The position numbers and the translations under genes were made by a program. The notes beneath the pieces were generated by a model that worked only from the letters and a program-made list of their open reading frames with translations, ran no database searches and was not told the origin of the DNA. A stretch of 64,000 bases of DNA from the IMG/VR virus record IMGVR_UViG_3300031867_000012; one strand, 5' to 3'. This stretch comes from an uncultured virus (IMG/VR IMGVR_UViG_3300031867_000012). Lineage: Duplodnaviria; Heunggongvirae; Uroviricota; Caudoviricetes. This document shows positions 29,327 to 38,408 of this stretch, in pieces; position 1 is the stretch's first letter, and every line of letters starts with the position of its first letter.

Positions 29327-30082
29327 TTACTTTGCAATTTCAAAATCTAAAATCTCTATTATCAAAATATCATTTTCTACCTTCCATTCATACTTCTTAA
29401 TAACAATCTTCTTATTCTTAATTCTTTTTGCTTTTCCATTAACAACTGGAAGGTAATAATCAAAACCCCTATAATAATTTTCTTTAACTTCTTGAAAATG
29501 GTAGATAATGTCACCATCACAGTAATTACCTTCCCAATCGGGGTTACTTTCAATAAATAAATCTAGTACATTACTAGTATTGAGCTCTGCAATTTTCCTG
29601 TTTAATTCTTCTTTACATCTTGCTTCTTCTCTAAGGGATTCAGGGCTCATAAGGTATTCTGATTCGGTTGTACCATTTTCTGTCTTATAACAATATTTAC
29701 GTATCTCATAACCATTTTCTACCAGAATTTTGCTTACATAGTCCTTATGTTCTGAATCTACCTGGTCCCAATACCACTCGAGATAACTAATATCACTACC
29801 AGTAATTTTCTCACCTTTGTACTTTCCAAATCTAAATGTATCTACATTATCCCAAACTTCTTTTTTACTTTCCCATGACTGTGTTTTTCCTCTTAGGTTC
29901 TCATCAATAACTGCGTTTGGGTATTTTGAAATTGCTGTCTCCTTATCAAAGGAGATATTCTTAATGTAATTATAACGAGTTACAATATAACTTCTTCCAT
30001 TTCCCAATGGTCTTGTTTCTTCACTGATTTCCCATAATGTATAATACTTATTTGTAAAACCAATTGCTGTTATTGTACTCAT
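29327..30082 (-). CDS. hypothetical protein with FGKYKG (DUF3820/ExoX C-terminal-like) motif
   Basis: TFRFGKYKGEKI...ISYLEW; start moved to MSTITAIGF (30082) because the promoter motif covers the track's upstream extension. Confidence 0.7.
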   Translation of the reverse strand: MSTITAIGFTNKYYTLWEISEETRPLGNGRSYIVTRYNYIKNISFDKETAISKYPNAVIDENLRGKTQSWESKKEVWDNVDTFRFGKYKGEKITGSDISYLEWYWDQVDSEHKDYVSKILVENGYEIRKYCYKTENGTTESEYLMSPESLREEARCKEELNRKIAELNTSNVLDLFIESNPDWEGNYCDGDIIYHFQEVKENYYRGFDYYLPVVNGKAKRIKNKKIVIKKYEWKVENDILIIEILDFEIAK

Positions 30083-30098
30083 ATTATTTATATATTTG

Positions 30099-30136
30099 TT
30101 ACATATATAATATAGAAACAATTATAAAAAATTCAA
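30099..30136 (-). promoter_or_regulatory. phage promoter motif, copy 4
   Basis: TTGAAT-N15-CTATATTA-TATA-TGTAA. Confidence 0.75.
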
Positions 30137-30137
30137 T

Positions 30138-30623
30138 TTATTCGTTAATAATTTCCATATTTGCATTATCAAAAGATTTCTGACTATCTTGAATAACATC
30201 TATACCTTCAAATTTTATATCAGCAATATATGTCTTAGGTTGACCATTCTCATCTAATATAACATTGCCCTCTTCATCTTTCTCTTCTTGAATATCAAGT
30301 GCCATTTTTGGAGCAAATGCCAACTTAATATTACTATCTAATAAAGCTTGAACATTTTTTCCTTGTGGAGTATCTAAAATAGAAATATTACCAACTAATT
30401 CATTTCCTTCAATAGTTAATTCATCTATTTTATGTGAAGCTTCATTTAATGTTACTGGATGACTAATTTCACTAGGACAATTTCCATCGCTAATCCTACC
30501 TAATTTGATTTCATTATTCTTTAAATATTCATGAATAGCTTCATTCATTTGAGTACTTTGATATACTCTCCCATTTCGATTAGGAATATCGAAACTCATT
30601 ATTTTAGCTTTTACTTTCTTCAT
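30138..30623 (-). CDS. prohead protease (T4 gp21/S77)-like protein, possibly inactive
   Basis: PNRNGRVY, ASHKI, ILDTPQGK; the expected SSRG motif reads FAPKM; likely start MKKVKAK at 30623. Confidence 0.7.
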   Translation of the reverse strand: MKKVKAKIMSFDIPNRNGRVYQSTQMNEAIHEYLKNNEIKLGRISDGNCPSEISHPVTLNEASHKIDELTIEGNELVGNISILDTPQGKNVQALLDSNIKLAFAPKMALDIQEEKDEEGNVILDENGQPKTYIADIKFEGIDVIQDSQKSFDNANMEIINE

Positions 30624-31254
30624 ATTTCTTTTTATAATATTGTATAATTTTCTCTGCAAATTTAGGTTTTAGACAAGATATTATAGTATCATAATCAGTA
30701 TGCATTTTGTTAACACCATTCTCATCTACATCTTTAAGAATTAATCTACTTGACCAAATATTATTTCTAAATGTTCTTACAATATCTTTATTATATTCAT
30801 ATAAATAAGTTAATAATGCTTCCCAATAAAGATCATTATTTCTACAATATGTATTAGAATAATTAATATAAGAATATAATGGTGCTTCTAAACCTATAAT
30901 CCACTTTATTTTATTTCTCCAAATGAAACAAATATAAGGAACATTTTCAAAACGAATTTCTCTCCATTTATATTTATATCCACATCTTTCAATATTCAAA
31001 TAAAACCATTTATTATGTGTTTCAGTTTCAATATAAAAATAGTCACTACCTAAATTGTTTTCATCAACCTTCATTTTATATATTTTCAATAAAGGCTTAT
31101 AGAAAACTTTACGAGCTTTCCACCAATCAGAATAAATTCTAAATATATTAAAAGTATTTATATAGATAGGTGACCTATAAGTAAAGAAATTACTTACAGG
31201 CCAATATATATCTCTATACCAAATCTTTTGAATTAATTTCTTAATATCAATCAT
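30604..31254 (-). CDS. hypothetical protein
   Basis: 216-aa aromatic-rich ORF. Confidence 0.75.
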   Translation of the reverse strand: MIDIKKLIQKIWYRDIYWPVSNFFTYRSPIYINTFNIFRIYSDWWKARKVFYKPLLKIYKMKVDENNLGSDYFYIETETHNKWFYLNIERCGYKYKWREIRFENVPYICFIWRNKIKWIIGLEAPLYSYINYSNTYCRNNDLYWEALLTYLYEYNKDIVRTFRNNIWSSRLILKDVDENGVNKMHTDYDTIISCLKPKFAEKIIQYYKKKYEESKS

Positions 31255-31264
31255 AATTAAAAAC

Positions 31265-31399
31265 CTATTTTTTTACATCTTCCCAATACATTATCTCTGC
31301 TTGATGGAGCCAACCAGTAATTTTCTTTCCAATATTTTCTTTAGAAACCGATTGTGCTTGTTTACGTTCAGATTTAGTTAAAGCTACCCAACGTTCCAT
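31265..31399 (-). CDS. small hypothetical protein (44 aa; not in ORF track)
   Basis: MERWVALTKSERKQAQSVSKENIGKKITGWLHQAEIMYWEDVKK-TAG fills the gap in the operon; frame stays open upstream to about 31480. Confidence 0.55.
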   Translation of the reverse strand: MERWVALTKSERKQAQSVSKENIGKKITGWLHQAEIMYWEDVKK

Positions 31400-31473
31400 T
31401 AATGAAAGATAATCTTTTGGAATATATGATAAAATTGATCTTCCTGTTATTTTATTATTTCTATCAATAATTA

Positions 31474-31704
31474 TTACTCCTTAGTCATATCCATAATCAA
31501 CTCATTATTTTTGAACTTTTTTTGAAGCCAAGTAGCACCAGTAATCTCAAAGATCTTTGAATCAGATTTCCCAAACAACCAAATGAGATAAATAATATCA
31601 ATTGTTATCATAAAGAATGCAAATTTCAATGAATTACTTGAAAAAGCAATTGCATTCATCATCATTATAAAGAAAAGGAAAACAAAATTAAAAATCTTTG
31701 TCAT
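31474..31704 (-). CDS. small two-TM membrane protein
   Basis: Two hydrophobic segments in 76 aa; first gene after promoter copy 5. Confidence 0.7.
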   Translation of the reverse strand: MTKIFNFVFLFFIMMMNAIAFSSNSLKFAFFMITIDIIYLIWLFGKSDSKIFEITGATWLQKKFKNNELIMDMTKE

Positions 31705-31722
31705 AATTAATTCTTTTATTAG

Positions 31723-31772
31723 TTACATAAATAATATAGAAAAAACTCTAGAAAATTCAATTTCTAGAGTTT
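31723..31772 (-). promoter_or_regulatory. fused terminator hairpin and promoter (motif copy 5)
   Basis: 12-bp inverted repeat 31743-31754/31761-31772 whose loop is exactly TTGAAT on the minus strand, then TTT-CTATATTA-TTTA-TGTAA. Confidence 0.8.
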
Positions 31773-31777
31773 ATTTT

Positions 31778-32605
31778 TTATAATATTTCACTAAGTTTTT
31801 TTAATTCTCCATTATTAGTAATAACCCATGCATATTTAGTATCAATACATGCAAATTTTCTATTTTTATCTATATATGCTTCATCAGGATTATCTTTACT
31901 CCATCTAGAATGCCCAAATATTTGATATATATCGGGTATCTCTACTCCTTCATAAAACCATTCTTGTAAATCTTCCCATATACAACTTCCACATTTGTCA
32001 TCACCACCACGAGCCCAAGAAGCCATCCATAGGTTTGCTTGACCTTGAAAGTTTATCTTCAAATTATTAAGATGTTCCGCATCTGGTTCGAAAGTTTCTA
32101 AGAACTTACAATATTCTAATTGATCATCTTTTAATTTATCTTTATGTATTATTTGTGCAGTTTTTCCAACAAATCTTAAATGTTCGAACCATTGTTTAGT
32201 AACACCTGCGTGGGTAAATAAGAAATATTTATCATTAATAGTCTTATCAAAAGCAATATTAAACAAATCAAAGTTTTTTAAGAACATATCTTTAATAATG
32301 TCATAATTCTTTTCATCAACTCTTGATTTATATGGAGCATCATACCAATAATGCATATCATGATTACCTATTAATAATTTTATACGACTATCATTATTTG
32401 CAAATTTTAATATATCATTAAAATTATAAATAGCATCTTTTCTAGTAATATGTTCTAAACTTTCATAAGGATCAACATAATCACCTAAAAACACAATATC
32501 TAAATTAGGATATTCTCTTTTAGGAAATTCATTAATCGCATCATACCAAAACCTACGCCCATGTATGTCTGGTAAAACTAATATGTTAACATCTTGTTTA
32601 TTCAT
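31778..32605 (-). CDS. calcineurin-like metallophosphoesterase
   Basis: PDIHG, LGDYVD, IGNHD, THAG, FGHS. Confidence 0.92.
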   Translation of the reverse strand: MNKQDVNILVLPDIHGRRFWYDAINEFPKREYPNLDIVFLGDYVDPYESLEHITRKDAIYNFNDILKFANNDSRIKLLIGNHDMHYWYDAPYKSRVDEKNYDIIKDMFLKNFDLFNIAFDKTINDKYFLFTHAGVTKQWFEHLRFVGKTAQIIHKDKLKDDQLEYCKFLETFEPDAEHLNNLKINFQGQANLWMASWARGGDDKCGSCIWEDLQEWFYEGVEIPDIYQIFGHSRWSKDNPDEAYIDKNRKFACIDTKYAWVITNNGELKKLSEIL

Positions 32606-32873
32606 GATTAATCTTATTATCTATATAGTCTATAATATGTCTTACAGTACAATCATATCTAAATAAATCATTATCAATTTGTATATTAAACTCATTTTCT
32701 AATGAAATTATAAAAGTTAAAATATCTAAACTATCTAAATATACTTCAGTATATAATTGTCTATCTTCACCATTATTAGGATATTGAGACATCTCTACTT
32801 CAAATTCATGTTGATCATAAAACAAATTTGTAAGATATTTATAAACAATTTTCTTTATTTCTTCTCTAGTCAT
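32598..32873 (-). CDS. acpP: acyl carrier protein
   Basis: 91-aa acidic protein, phosphopantetheine site LDSLD, LENEFNIQI...TVRHIIDYI. Confidence 0.88.
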   Translation of the reverse strand: MTREEIKKIVYKYLTNLFYDQHEFEVEMSQYPNNGEDRQLYTEVYLDSLDILTFIISLENEFNIQIDNDLFRYDCTVRHIIDYIDNKINHE

Positions 32874-34252
32874 TTAAAATCTTTTTCTAATTCTTTTCTT
32901 AAATTATTCAAATCATTCAAATACATTTGCTTTTCTGATGTATTCTTTATATATTCGAGTTCCTTTTTCATTGCTTCATTTTGTTTAAGCAATTCATCTC
33001 TTTCTTCTACTGTACATTTTGACATTGATGTAGTAATTAATTCCATTGGAAGTTTATATCCATCCATATCAATTTTAATCTCTTTCTTTTCTCTATTACG
33101 AATCTTAAGCTTTCCTTTACATACTAATTCAATAAACTTAACTAACTCATCATTCTTCTTGATTCGTTCTTCAAGAATCTTTACCATTTTCTTCTTACGT
33201 TCAGTATAAATACTTAAACGATAATTTACAAAATATTCAATTACTTCTTTTTTATTTTGGAAATATTTAAGTTTATGATTTTCGTCAAGAAGCCAAAACA
33301 AATCATCAGGAACTTGTTTTATAAGCTTAAATTTATTAGCAATACGATGACCAGATCTATCTTTCTTCATTTCTATTGCTAATTGTTTCTTTGAGAATGT
33401 AATCTCATAATTAACTCCACCATCAGTAGACTTATTCTTCCACATCTTGATATAATCTTCTTCTTTGAATTTACCAAGAAGTTTTTCAAAATCCTCATAA
33501 GAAACATCTGCTGGTAAATCAGTAACTACCATTAAATCTTTAGTTTGATTAAGTTTCCATTCACCATAATTATACCAATTGTTCTCTTCAAATCTCCAAT
33601 TAGCTTTCTTAATACCTCTAATATAAGGGTAAATAGTAGTTGTAATCTTATCCTTCTTATCTGCTCTAGAATTCAACACTTCTTTACATGCATCTATAAC
33701 ATCTAATGGATTATATGCTTGACTATGCATTGAATAACCTACAGCAACACCAATATTATTCTTACATAATATAGTAGGAATAATTGGGAGATATGTCATT
33801 GGCTCAACATATTGTCCTTCTTCAAATATATTGTCTAACAAATCATAATCGGTTTTATAAATCAAATCCATATATTTAGAATGCTTCACATAAAGATAAC
33901 GAGGAGCACCTGCTGAATCCGGGTCTCTTAATGAACCAACCTGAGAGTCAGATTCTAATGGATTTAAGTTATCATTGAAAGATTTACACATGTTAACAAT
34001 TGTCCCATTCAAAGAAATATCACCATGGGCATATAGGGACACACGCATAGCATCACCCGATAGTGCCAATAGTTTATAAAGTTTTCCATCTTTTGTAGTG
34101 CCTGCCAAACTTGCATGCATTATTTTACGTGCACCTGGTTTAAACCCATCAATAACTGAAGGAATAGCACGCTCTTCTAAAACACTGAATGCATAATTAA
34201 GATATTCAGTATTTAAAAAATTTGTTATAGTTCTTTTATTTATTTTCTCCAT
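32870..34252 (-). CDS. type II DNA topoisomerase breakage-reunion subunit (T4 gp52-like)
   Basis: RAIPSVIDGFKPGARK, YAHGD, catalytic APRY, GVAVGYS. Confidence 0.93.
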   Translation of the reverse strand: MEKINKRTITNFLNTEYLNYAFSVLEERAIPSVIDGFKPGARKIMHASLAGTTKDGKLYKLLALSGDAMRVSLYAHGDISLNGTIVNMCKSFNDNLNPLESDSQVGSLRDPDSAGAPRYLYVKHSKYMDLIYKTDYDLLDNIFEEGQYVEPMTYLPIIPTILCKNNIGVAVGYSMHSQAYNPLDVIDACKEVLNSRADKKDKITTTIYPYIRGIKKANWRFEENNWYNYGEWKLNQTKDLMVVTDLPADVSYEDFEKLLGKFKEEDYIKMWKNKSTDGGVNYEITFSKKQLAIEMKKDRSGHRIANKFKLIKQVPDDLFWLLDENHKLKYFQNKKEVIEYFVNYRLSIYTERKKKMVKILEERIKKNDELVKFIELVCKGKLKIRNREKKEIKIDMDGYKLPMELITTSMSKCTVEERDELLKQNEAMKKELEYIKNTSEKQMYLNDLNNLRKELEKDFK

Positions 34253-34254
34253 AA

Positions 34255-36147
34255 TTATGAATTCAACATTTGTTTACGAGTTTCTGAATCTCCTTTTGCA
34301 AACCATTTTCTAAACATACTATCTGCAGCTTCATCTTTCTTAAAGAATAAGAATTTGGGATCTTGATACATTTCTTTAGACTCTTGATTTGAAAGACCAC
34401 CAAGACCTTTTGCATATTTATGAGAATAACCTTTAAGTTTCTTTTCGGCTTCTTTAAATTCATCCATATTATAAAACTTTTGGCAATCTTTACCTTTTCT
34501 GGAAATAATAATAGGAGATATACTTCTACATACTATATTCTTTTCAAAAAGTTCAGGCCAATTATTAAATAATAGTAACAAAAGACTAGCAATTTTATCA
34601 CCATCAACATCAGCATCTGTTGAAATAACGATCTTTCCAAAATTCAAATCATCAATATTGAATTCTTTCCCCCATTTCAATCCAAGTATACTTACAATAT
34701 CATTAAATACTTCATTCTTCATAATTTGTAATGGTGTTTGTCCATAACAATTTGGTGGAACACCTCGCATAACATATCCTGCTTGAATATCCGGATTACG
34801 TCCTCCACGGAAACCAGCTTTAGCTGAATCTCCCTCAAATATCCAAAGTTGTCTTTCTGATTTTTTCCTAGATGAACAAGTAATATATTTATCAGGTCTA
34901 TTTAATCCTTTATTAGATTCACGATTAATTTTACGAAGTGCTCTTTCATCCTCGGCTGCAGATTTTTGCTTATACCAATCACGAACTAATTCTACAATCT
35001 CTGATTTAATAATCTTATTTAAGAACTTTTCATTTACTTCCCATTTGATTTTCTCATCTTTCGAAAATTTCTCAATAGGTGTTGTTAGAGTATCTTTTGT
35101 TTGTGAATCATATGCGGGATTTGACACATTAATATTTATAAATACAGAATACTTATTATCAACACCACGAGTTGTTAAATCTTTGATCTTATCCTTCTTT
35201 GTAATAAAATCTACAATAGCTTGATTAATCTCATTACGTAAAGCACGCATATGAGTTCCTTTTGAACATTCTGCACCATTAACAAAACCAACATCTACAG
35301 AACTATCAGGAAATATCCATGCAGTACATAAATTATTCTCAAATGGAATCTTATCTGATATATTTAAAAGATTAGAATAAAGATCAATATATTCATCTAA
35401 TTTTTTAAACTTCCATTCAATATCTTCTTTACCACAATTAAATATTACTTTAAGTCCAGGATTAGCTGCTGCGGCATCAATACATCTCTTATGAATAATA
35501 TTAATGAAATCATCATCAAATGTTTTAAGATCAGTATCAAATCTCGAAAAATCTAATTTAAATCTTGTTTGTGTATAATGAGTTTTCTTTCCACATTTGG
35601 TAACTTTCAAATCATTATTAAGTTTCTCCATATTGTTTGACCATGAACGGTGAAACTCATTCTTACCATCAGCTGATTCAATTTCAAAATATGTTGAAAA
35701 AACATTACATAAAGCAGAACCTACACCATTTGTTCCTATTACATTTCTATCTTCTGTATCATCATAGTTTGAAGATGTTCTTAAACGCCCAAATATAAAT
35801 TCAGGAACATATATACCTGCTTCTTTATGTTTTACAATAGGTATACCACCATTATCTCTTACAACAATTTCACCATTATCTTTATTAATAGTTACTTTTA
35901 ATTCTGTAAGACCCATATTATCTTTACGGCGGAATTCATCACAAGAGTTGGAAATAACTTCATCTACAACTTTTAACATAGCAGGAATATAATTAGTGAT
36001 TTTCATCTCAAATTTTCCTGTTTTTGTATTATATATAAATGAATCTTTTTCTTCAGATTTAATTGAACCAACCCACATACCAGGTCGATTTAATATATGT
36101 TGTATTTCTGATAACTCTTGATATTTCTCTTCAATTTTCTTTGCCAT
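34255..36147 (-). CDS. type II DNA topoisomerase ATPase/TOPRIM subunit (T4 gp39+gp60-like)
   Basis: HILNRPGMWVGS, DEVISNSCD, GTNGVGS, EGDSA, TDADVDG, KGLG. Confidence 0.95.
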   Translation of the reverse strand: MAKKIEEKYQELSEIQHILNRPGMWVGSIKSEEKDSFIYNTKTGKFEMKITNYIPAMLKVVDEVISNSCDEFRRKDNMGLTELKVTINKDNGEIVVRDNGGIPIVKHKEAGIYVPEFIFGRLRTSSNYDDTEDRNVIGTNGVGSALCNVFSTYFEIESADGKNEFHRSWSNNMEKLNNDLKVTKCGKKTHYTQTRFKLDFSRFDTDLKTFDDDFINIIHKRCIDAAAANPGLKVIFNCGKEDIEWKFKKLDEYIDLYSNLLNISDKIPFENNLCTAWIFPDSSVDVGFVNGAECSKGTHMRALRNEINQAIVDFITKKDKIKDLTTRGVDNKYSVFININVSNPAYDSQTKDTLTTPIEKFSKDEKIKWEVNEKFLNKIIKSEIVELVRDWYKQKSAAEDERALRKINRESNKGLNRPDKYITCSSRKKSERQLWIFEGDSAKAGFRGGRNPDIQAGYVMRGVPPNCYGQTPLQIMKNEVFNDIVSILGLKWGKEFNIDDLNFGKIVISTDADVDGDKIASLLLLLFNNWPELFEKNIVCRSISPIIISRKGKDCQKFYNMDEFKEAEKKLKGYSHKYAKGLGGLSNQESKEMYQDPKFLFFKKDEAADSMFRKWFAKGDSETRKQMLNS

Positions 36148-36200
36148 ATAAACTATTCAAATTAATTCAATATAATTAATATAGTTAATTTAACTACAAA

Positions 36201-36224
36201 ATTAAAGGAGACCTAGGCCTCCTT
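36201..36224 (-). terminator. intrinsic terminator after the RNase H-like gene
   Basis: Minus strand AAGGAGGC-CTAG-GTCTCCTT followed by T-rich sequence. Confidence 0.65.
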
Positions 36225-36229
36225 AAATT

Positions 36230-37321
36230 CTAAATTTCATCTAATATTGTTGCTAAACCATTATTTCTTGCTGTTAAATAACTTAATACTTCAGATACAT
36301 TATTATTTACATGATATCCCATATAACTATTCATGTCATCTAGTACTTCTTTAGGATAATTATCTTCACTTAACGATACTAATTGATAATTATATTTGAA
36401 ATGTTCAAAAATATTATCTTCTGATTTCTTGACTTTATTAAGATATTTCTTAGATGTCATTATATTATGAATATAATTCTTAATCTCATTATCATTATTC
36501 AAATCAAGATTAAAATCAATATCTTTAATACTTACTCTAAATGTCTTATTAGATTCAGCATTATTAGATTTCTTGACTATAATTGGAAAAATGTTATCTC
36601 CTTTATCACCACGAATAATCTTATCTATAACAATTTCTTTAGGTACAATTTGTGTAATATTCTTACATTTATTCATAATTGACTCAAATATTCTTACATT
36701 ATATTCTTTAGTCAAATCATTAAAGAAAAATTGTAATGGATCTTCTTCTTGATTATCTTTCTTTTCACAAGTTAATCCTGTTTTATTATTCCAACAAATT
36801 GTAAATATCCCATTTTGATCATTTGTATTTACTAATTGTGTCAAATCTTTATCCATTGACCAAATAATTACATTTGTACCTTCTTCATTAAGTTTTGTTG
36901 ACCAATACCAACACCAATCATCACCTTCAATATTTTGCTTACGACATGTTGTTATTCCATTTTTTTCAAGTAAATCAATAAATTCCTCATAATATTTAAA
37001 TACTATATCCCAATTAATTATACTTTCATCAAGATGTCTTTGTCCTTTATATTCAATTGGTTGGTCATCATCTTTATGTTCTTCATATAAGAATTGAGGA
37101 ATTTCAATCTTATTTCTCCATGAACCACCATCAGCAATAAATATTATATTATCTATTGATTGAAATGTATTTAATACCCGATTAATAGATTTTAACATCA
37201 ATAATTGAAGTTCTTTACAAGTTTCCTCATCAGAACTATATTGATTTGTTAAAACAGACAATCGAGACATTAATAGCCAGTTACCATCAACTATTAATGT
37301 TACTTTTGATTGTTTCGACAT
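36230..37321 (-). CDS. T4 RNase H-like / FEN-family 5'-3' exonuclease
   Basis: LIVDGN, SWR..YKGQR, EGDD, SMDKDLTQL, GDKGDNI. Confidence 0.9.
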   Translation of the reverse strand: MSKQSKVTLIVDGNWLLMSRLSVLTNQYSSDEETCKELQLLMLKSINRVLNTFQSIDNIIFIADGGSWRNKIEIPQFLYEEHKDDDQPIEYKGQRHLDESIINWDIVFKYYEEFIDLLEKNGITTCRKQNIEGDDWCWYWSTKLNEEGTNVIIWSMDKDLTQLVNTNDQNGIFTICWNNKTGLTCEKKDNQEEDPLQFFFNDLTKEYNVRIFESIMNKCKNITQIVPKEIVIDKIIRGDKGDNIFPIIVKKSNNAESNKTFRVSIKDIDFNLDLNNDNEIKNYIHNIMTSKKYLNKVKKSEDNIFEHFKYNYQLVSLSEDNYPKEVLDDMNSYMGYHVNNNVSEVLSYLTARNNGLATILDEI

Positions 37322-37376
37322 TTTTTATCTACTATATATTTATAATATTTTAATATAGTAAAATAAAAATTAAATA

Positions 37377-37412
37377 TAAAAAAATATGCTAGAAATCTTT
37401 GATTTCTAGCAT
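37377..37412 (-). terminator. intrinsic terminator
   Basis: ATGCTAGAAATC-TTT-GATTTCTAGCAT (37386-37412) with T-run on the minus strand. Confidence 0.8.
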
Positions 37413-37441
37413 TACACTCACATTAAGTTAATAAATTACGA

Positions 37442-37633
37442 TTATTCTGCGCAAACTGAATCCGCTACTATAACTTGACCAAGTGTATCAACTACAGCTG
37501 AGTCAACTACAGTAGAGTCAACTAAAGTACTATCAACTCCAGCTCCTTCAGCAACTGTACTATTACCTCCACAAGAAGCAAGAACAGTACCAAGGATCAT
37601 TGCGAACATAACACTAAAAATTGTCTTTTTCAT
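37442..37633 (-). CDS. tiny Bacteroidetes-type lipoprotein with repeated VDS/T motifs
   Basis: Lipobox LASC, then VDSTLVDSTVVDSAVVDTL...ADSV. Confidence 0.8.
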   Translation of the reverse strand: MKKTIFSVMFAMILGTVLASCGGNSTVAEGAGVDSTLVDSTVVDSAVVDTLGQVIVADSVCAE

Positions 37634-37680
37634 TTGTTTTCTCCTTTACTTTTAATATTTTTTGTTAAACAATATAATTT

Positions 37681-38103
37681 TTATCTTCTACCACCCATAC
37701 GACCTCCACCATTATAATTACCTGCATTTGGTCTATGAGTTCCACCACCTACATTTGGTTGTCGAGTGTGAGGTACACCATTATTAGGTCTATGTCCCCT
37801 ATAATCACCAGGCCTACGATCATATCTTGAACTTGGGCGATGCATATAATTATGTGGATTAGGTCTATAAGCATGTATATGTCTTGGTTCTCTAATTGGA
37901 TGAATATAAGTATATCTATATCTTGGAATCATAATCCATGTATTATCAAACCAATAATATGGATATGAATTAATATAGTATACTGGGTATGAAACAGTAC
38001 CAACAACATATACCTCATGATAAGCAACATCTTCCATTGTAGCACATGATGTCATAAAGAAAGATGAAATCATAACAAATAAAGATAAAAATATTTTCTT
38101 CAT
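37681..38103 (-). CDS. putative lipoprotein with Tyr-rich core and Arg/Pro/Gly-rich disordered tail
   Basis: Lipobox MTSC; HRP repeats; ends GGGRMGGRR. Confidence 0.75.
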   Translation of the reverse strand: MKKIFLSLFVMISSFFMTSCATMEDVAYHEVYVVGTVSYPVYYINSYPYYWFDNTWIMIPRYRYTYIHPIREPRHIHAYRPNPHNYMHRPSSRYDRRPGDYRGHRPNNGVPHTRQPNVGGGTHRPNAGNYNGGGRMGGRR

Positions 38104-38159
38104 ACTTACTTATATACTTATATAAAAAATTTATTAATAATAAACTTTATTTTTTAAAA

Positions 38160-38408
38160 TTAATCATCCATATATCCCTTTGATGACAATTCCCCATATA
38201 AAGTTTGTGCATTAGCAATTGCTTCTTGTGCTTGTTTTCTAGCATTTGTTATTGTTTGATTCTTGAACCATTCTGTAGCTACATATCTTACAAATGATTT
38301 TTGATCACTAGGAACATTACATATATTTAATGCTTTATCTTCTGGCCAAGCAACTATCTTACCATCAAAACTTGCACCTGCTCCGGCGCTAGCAGCCATA
38401 TTATCCAT
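38160..38408 (-). CDS. hypothetical protein
   Basis: 82-aa Ala-rich ORF. Confidence 0.7.
   Translation of the reverse strand: MDNMAASAGAGASFDGKIVAWPEDKALNICNVPSDQKSFVRYVATEWFKNQTITNARKQAQEAIANAQTLYGELSSKGYMDD

Noticed and set aside
32870..36147. Bacterial gyrase/chromosomal origin of the window
   Set aside because: The short 460-aa A subunit lacks the C-terminal pinwheel, and baseplate/tail genes are nearby, indicating a phage topoisomerase II
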